37,015 bases of DNA from Piromyces finnis finn. Its lineage: Eukaryota > Fungi > Neocallimastigomycota. The notes under the pieces are model-generated. The model saw only the letters and a program-made list of their open reading frames with translations. It did not search any database and was not told the origin of the DNA. Shown here piece after piece: positions 31,289 to 37,015 of the stretch. Positions within the stretch are counted from its first letter, which is position 1; each line of letters opens with the position of its first letter. Location: contig MCFH01000121.1 of the NCBI GenBank assembly GCA_002104945.1, positions 1 to 37,015 on the forward strand. The letters run 5' to 3'. A program made the translations under genes and the position numbers.

Positions 31289-33504
31289 TGATGCGTTGAC
31301 CGATATATTTTTGAATAATATAATGTCTTTAATAAATAATAAATTCTATATTATTATGATGAAACAATAAATTTAAAATAAAATAAAATATGTTTTATAA
31401 TTAACAAGTAAATCACTCAAAACTCAAAAATAAACTCTTATTATGTTTTAAATTCTTTATTATATTTTATAATTTATTTATTATCTATTTATTGTCTTTT
31501 TATTCTCTATTTATTGTCCGATTTTTATGAAGAAGAATTTTATCTTCCTTTTATACATTTTCATTTATTACATGTATTATTATTTTTAACTATTAAATAT
31601 TATTATTACTATTGTTATTATTTATTAAAATTAAAAGAATAAATTAAAATTATGTCTTAGTATTATAAAATATTATAGAATATTACTTATTTGATTTTCT
31701 TATTACTTCAAAATGCTTAAATTTAGAAAAATTATTATAAATTATCATTGACTATCATTAAATGTATAATACCTTGAATAAAATAATTAAAATTTAAAAT
31801 TAAAATAATATTAAAATAAAATTAAAATAATATTAAAATAAAATTAAAACAAAATTAAAATATTAAAAGTATCAATTATTATAAATACTCATTTTATACA
31901 GAAACATAAAAGAGTTCTGTATTTTATCTTTAGAATCGTTATTATTGTTCTATTTCCAGGTTTTAAGTTTATCATTTTAGTAATAATTACTCAATTATTT
32001 ATTTATTAATTTATATATATAAATTTAAAAGAATTTCTAAGGATAAAACACTAGAATTAATAATTTGATGTATACCATTTTATTTTTAGTTTATTTATTC
32101 AATTTTATTTATTTATTATTATTTTATTATTTTAATACATTATTGGATTAAGTTGTTTTATTTTATTTAATAATTTATTTTATTATTATCCCTATTAGGT
32201 CGTTTTTACTCAGAATTTATTATATTATTTATTTAAGAAGGGGTTATATTTTCATAAAATTATTATTCATTCATTTTTAAGGGTTATTATCATTTATTTT
32301 TATTGTAAGTTACTATGGGTTAAGTCGTTGTAAAGTGGGCTTGGGTTGATATGTAACTTGATCAGAATGTTTTATATAATATAACTTAATTTACTAATAA
32401 AATATTAAACTTATTTATTATTAAATCTTTTCTTCAGAACTTATTAAAGAATTTAAATAATACTAATTTAAAAATTAAATAGGTTTTTATATTTAAAATA
32501 AAAATTTTAATATAATTTAATTATGAAATTTGTTTATTAATTATTTATTTATTAAGATAATATTTATTAAGTTATATTATAGTTAATAATTAATAATCTT
32601 ACAAAGAATTTTAAAATTGATTTCAATTCTTTGTTTAAATACTTTTTTCTTACATATAATAAAATTACATTGATATTAATATTGATATTAATAATAAAGA
32701 TAAAAATAAAATAATTTTAAATTAAAATATTAATAATTGATATTGATATTAATAATATGAATTCATATGATAGATCTTAAGATTAATCTTCTAAATTACT
32801 TTTAAAATAAAAGTATTGTTTTAACCATTTTAAATTGTAAATATTTAATATTATAAATTGAGATTTTGGTTTGATTATGATTGAGGTTATTAATAAAAAA
32901 TTGTTTGAAAATTATTAATTAATTTTTATAATTAATTAGGTTTGAAAGTAAGAATACTTATTATCTAACTTTATTTAATAATAATGGAGAATTTTTTAAA
33001 TTGAATTATTTATAGAAAGTTGGATGACATGAATAATGATTTTAATTATATAAAATAATATTGATCATTTTAATATATATTATTATATATTAATTGAAAC
33101 TAATCAATTCTTTAAATTGCTATATCTCAAGAACTAGTGGTCTAAATTAGCTGATAATTTGTGAGAATATAGATCTCAACTAGTACTTTCTAATAAAATT
33201 AATTTGAATTCTCTAGAAAAGGAAAATAGGACACGAGATTCAGAAGTTGTCACTAGTTTCGTATAACGTATTTTTTCTCAAGGGTTAATTTATTGAAAAT
33301 TAAATTTTTGTGATCCTTAACCCTTTTCAATATTAAATTTTTCCAAGTGATCTTTTTAATTATTTTTAAACGTATTTTATAATTTTTGAAATATAAATTT
33401 GATTTTTAAATTGTTTATTTGAATATTTAATTTATTTTTAATCGTCTTCTATTCTTGACAGTTATTAAGCTAGTTTTTATTATGTTTTTATATGAGTAGA
33501 GTAT
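31289..33504 (-). repeat. Repeat D, copy 2 (31289-32328 plus 33461-33504, interrupted by LTR-B)
   Basis: Diverged inverted copy of D1 with different minisatellite copy numbers. Confidence 0.85.
32329..33460 (-). mobile_element. LTR-like element family B, copy 2
   Basis: Minus strand TGTCAAGAATAG (33460)...CCCACTTTACA (32329); differs from copy 1 by substitutions and 20-60 bp indels. Confidence 0.7.
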
Positions 33505-33957
33505 TTAGAATGACACACGTTCAAATATACCTTAATTCTAAATAAGCTTAGAAAGTGGTATATTTGTGTGTAATTGAATGATTTATTTTTACTTGCTCAT
33601 TCTACAAGTTTATATAATTATTAAATATAATTTAAAGTTTTAAAAACACATCTTGTTTTATAATATTAGTTTATTTATTTAAAATAAATGTATAATACAT
33701 CTCGCTATGTATTATAAAAAAATATATATTAATTTATTATAATTTTAAAATATTCTAATTTTCCTGGCTAATTAGTAACAATCTTTAAAAATAATATTTT
33801 CTATTTCTATTTATAATAAATAATTACATTTAAGTTTGTTTATAAACAAAAGTTGTTTATATTTTACATTTTTAAAATTTAATTAAACATTTATATTTTA
33901 TATTATTTTGATTATTTACTATTATTTTAATTTATATTAAGTTTATATAATCTTAAA

Positions 33958-34290
33958 TGTTAAGTTTTTGGGTTTGGTTATGCGGCCAGGTCAGAATGTT
34001 ATTAATTATATAGTAAAAATGTTTTTTAAGAAATTAAATTTAATTATAAAATAACACCTTAAACTCCCAAATGAAAAATGAAAAATTTTTATTTACTTTA
34101 AAATAACTTTTTATAAATTTTTTATTTATTTAATAATAATAATATAAATGATATTATAAGTAACTATATAATTAAGATTATAACTATAATCTTTACAAAG
34201 AATTAAAATCGAATTCAATTCATTCTCTTTTATATTCTTTGTTCAGATTATTAAATTGATATTAATAAGAATAAAGTATTACATGTAATA
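33958..34290 (-). repeat. Diverged LTR-B-like 3'-end fragment
   Basis: TGTTAAGTTTTTGGGTTTGGTTATGCGGCCAGGTCAGAATGTT resembles TGTAAAGTGGGCTTGGGTTGATATGTAACTTGATCAGAATGTT (32329+), and AATCTTTACAAAGAATT (~34190) recurs at ~32595. Confidence 0.5.
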
Positions 34291-34761
34291 TATTAGTAAT
34301 ATAATTAAATAAGTAATAAGATGGTTTGTTTGTTTGTTTGTTTGTCATGACATAAAATAAAATAAACATATGATTAATCATTTAAACAGTTGATCCTAAT
34401 TAGTAATTATAAAAACTATTCAATTAATAATTCATCATTATTAATTGATATTACCATAACATATTTGTTATAATTAAATAATTATTATTTTCAAAATTAT
34501 TTCTAATAAAACTTGCCGTTAACCTATTTTATAATAATTAAGATTATTTAATTTATAGGTGTTAACTGTTACACCTAAATGGGTCTAGTTCTATTTTTAG
34601 TAACAATCGTTATCATTAATTAAATTAATATAACTAAAATTCCTATTGATATATTTTTAATTTCATCAAGTCATAAGAAATATTTATGATCCATACTTGA
34701 TATCATATTGATTTTAATTTACTTAATAAAATCTTTAAATGATCATAACTTCCTTAAATGA

Positions 34762-34835
34762 TCAGTTAGAAGGACCGCGATTGTACCAAATTGTAGCTTT
34801 CTTCCTAAGCTTTCCAATAAACCTAGTTTCATCAC
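34762..34835 (-). ncRNA. Candidate C/D-box snoRNA-like segment (unverified)
   Basis: Minus strand GTGATGA (box C) ... CTGA (box D) spanning 74 nt within a GC-elevated island. No convincing terminal stem and no target identified. Confidence 0.2.
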
Positions 34836-35094
34836 CGTAGCACTTACAGCCGTAGCGATCGTTTTTGGCGAGTTACACCTTATTTCGTACTTGCTTATTT
34901 TTGGTTAAGGGTTATAGTGTATTGATATTAAATTTTGGAAATCATAACCCTTTCACTGAATCAAAATTTAAAAGGTGACTTTTAAAAGTGTTTTAAAATA
35001 ATTATTGAAATTATTTAATTATAATTATTATGTTTAATTAATTATAGATATTATCTGAATTTGTTTTAAATCCAGTTAATATCTTCACATTAAA

Positions 35095-37015
35095 TGTAAA
35101 AGTTTTACTAAACTTATAATTTAATATTAAAATATTAAATTAAATAAAAGGTTAAAAGATAACTAGGTTAGAAAAAAAAATGTTTTATTAAAATAATCTT
35201 AATTGATTTATAAATGAATAATTATATTATGTATTATAGTTAAAATAATTCCTTTTTATTTTATTTAAAGAATATATATAATAATAAGATTATTTAATAG
35301 TAATACTTATTAAGTATTAATAAGTTAATAATCTTTACAAAGATTTAATTCATAAAACTATTCTAAACTATTTATACTATTTGTAATTTTACATTTAATA
35401 ATAAAATAACTTTTCAATACATGATTATATTCATAATATATTTTATAATACTTAAACTAAACTTAAGACTTATTCCTAATTATTAAAAAATAACTATTGT
35501 TTATAATATTCATAATATTAATTATTTCTTAATTATAATATAATTCATTGAATATAATATTAATAATTATAATCCTCTAGTTCAAAGATTATAAATTATG
35601 TTATTGAAATAATTATTATAAAATAAAGTTAATTAGTTCCGGAAAATAATTTTAATTTAATTAAACAATAATTTTTTATACTTTGAGTGAATGATTTATG
35701 TTTGATATATCAGGGGTGATCATTCTCTGAATAAACAATTAATCATTACTAACAAAATATCTTTAAATTGGAATATCTCGTGAACCAGCAGAGATATTGA
35801 CATGATTTTAAGATATGTTGTTTGTCTCGAGCGTGGCTTTCTAACGAACTTAATTATAACCAAAATATTTTTATTCAAAAATCGTCATTCGTTGAGGAGA
35901 TACGCGTGTTTTTTCTTATTCCATTTTAACGATAAGGGTTAAAGTTATTTATTATAAAAATTATTAAGGGTTAAGGTCATATTTTAACCTTTTCTAAATT
36001 TTTAAATATTTCTTAATAAAATTTTATAATTTATTTGAAAATAAAATATTTGTTGATTTTGAATTTTCATAAGTGATTTCACAATTCCAAGTGATCTTGA
36101 AATTGTAATTTCACTAGTATTCGTGACATCGCTCCGCCAAAAAAAATCGAATACCAGGCGATTGAAATAATATAAAATAAAGTTGTATAATAAAGAATAA
36201 TTGAAATAAATTGAAGTAGTATATATTAAATATAAACCAATATATAGTTGTATGTGTAACATGAAATAAAATGGTAACTAAATAAAGAATATATTTAATA
36301 TAATATGTAGAATATATTGCAATATATGAAATAAAATTAAAAAACATTTTCTTGTGTAACATTCAGTCAAATTCATAAAATTTTTGAAAGAAATGTTGAA
36401 ATTTAAATTGATCATTGAGTGAAAAAATTGAAATTCGTACGAAAAATTAAAATTTGAATAAGAAATATTATTCCTAGGATATTGAAACACTTTTTATTTT
36501 TGAAAAATGTTAACATTTGCTAAAATAATTGAAATTTCAAAAATTGATCAAATAAACTTTAATTAATATGATTTTGAAAAAAAAAAATTTTTGAAATTTT
36601 TGAAAAATTTTTAATAATAAAAAATTTTTTCATTAAATACAAAAAAATTTTGAACTAAACTTTTTGAAAAAATGTCACTGAAGACTATTGATTTTAATGA
36701 TCGATCGAGATGGTGACAATATTGAAATTGATACTATTGAATAGAGAATAAAATAAGCATTAACAACATATAAATATTTGTAATTGTACTGCTAAAATAA
36801 ATTGAAAATTATTCTCTTTAAATATTTAATTTTCATTATAAAAATTTTGTGTTTTAAATTAAATAAATTGATAAAATTGTTGGATCAAAAATTATTGAAT
36901 TGAAATTTAACATTCATAGAAAAAAATTTTTGAAATTTGTGTTGAAATGTATTAGATGAGTAATACAAATTGTAATAAAACATAATGTTAGTGAAAGATA
37001 TTAATAAATTTTTAA
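35095..37015 (-). mobile_element. Family A third copy: 3' LTR (35095-36128), PPT and 3' UTR, continuing beyond the window
   Basis: Near-identical reverse complement of ~16900-18826; the LTR is 1034 bp; its flank (TTAAA) differs from the other copies. Confidence 0.95.

Noticed and set aside
34324-34343. (GTTT)5 microsatellite
   Set aside because: Ordinary simple repeat.
34770-34880. Short minus-strand peptide (DRYGCKCYGDETRFIGKLRKKATIWYNRGPSN) as a small exon
   Set aside because: No ATG, no recognisable family, and no clear splice context.
1-37015. RIP-like hypermutation, rRNA/tRNA genes, CRISPR arrays, host protein genes
   Set aside because: LTR pairs look identical and ORFs lack transition-derived stops; no diagnostic sequence for the others was recognised.

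Overview
Very AT-rich eukaryotic DNA with no recognisable host protein-coding gene. Composition and element types would fit an anaerobic gut fungus (Neocallimastigomycota), but that is inference only. The window is a nested cluster of Ty3/Gypsy LTR retrotransposons and their LTRs. (1) Family 1 (+, ~281-5222): a chromovirus with a canonical chromodomain, broken only by 1-bp indels where checked. (2) Family A: two gag-truncated copies joined head-to-head (6838-~12830 on -, ~12850-18826 on +), a solo LTR with a perfect CACGA target-site duplication (25873-27004), and the 3' end of a third copy running off the window (35095-37015, -). (3) Family C (18827-25817, +): a young, near-intact non-chromoviral element whose LTRs look identical and whose gag and pol are linked by a clear -1 frameshift signal (U_UUA_AAU, 7-nt spacer, predicted H-type pseudoknot). 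(4) LTR-like family B (28806-29972 +, 32329-33460 -) and an unclassified repeat D present as an inverted pair; an A LTR and a B LTR sit at essentially the same nucleotide of the two D copies. The left ~12.8 kb shows many 1-bp deletions typical of a poorly polished long-read consensus, and the ~12.8 kb junction may be a misjoin. No CRISPR array, rRNA or tRNA was seen. I found no demonstrably new multi-gene system. The best leads are the frameshift pseudoknot, the shared insertion site, a recurrent paired TAACCCTT motif, a divergent chromodomain, a possible self-priming site and a C/D-box-like island. All comparisons were made by eye.
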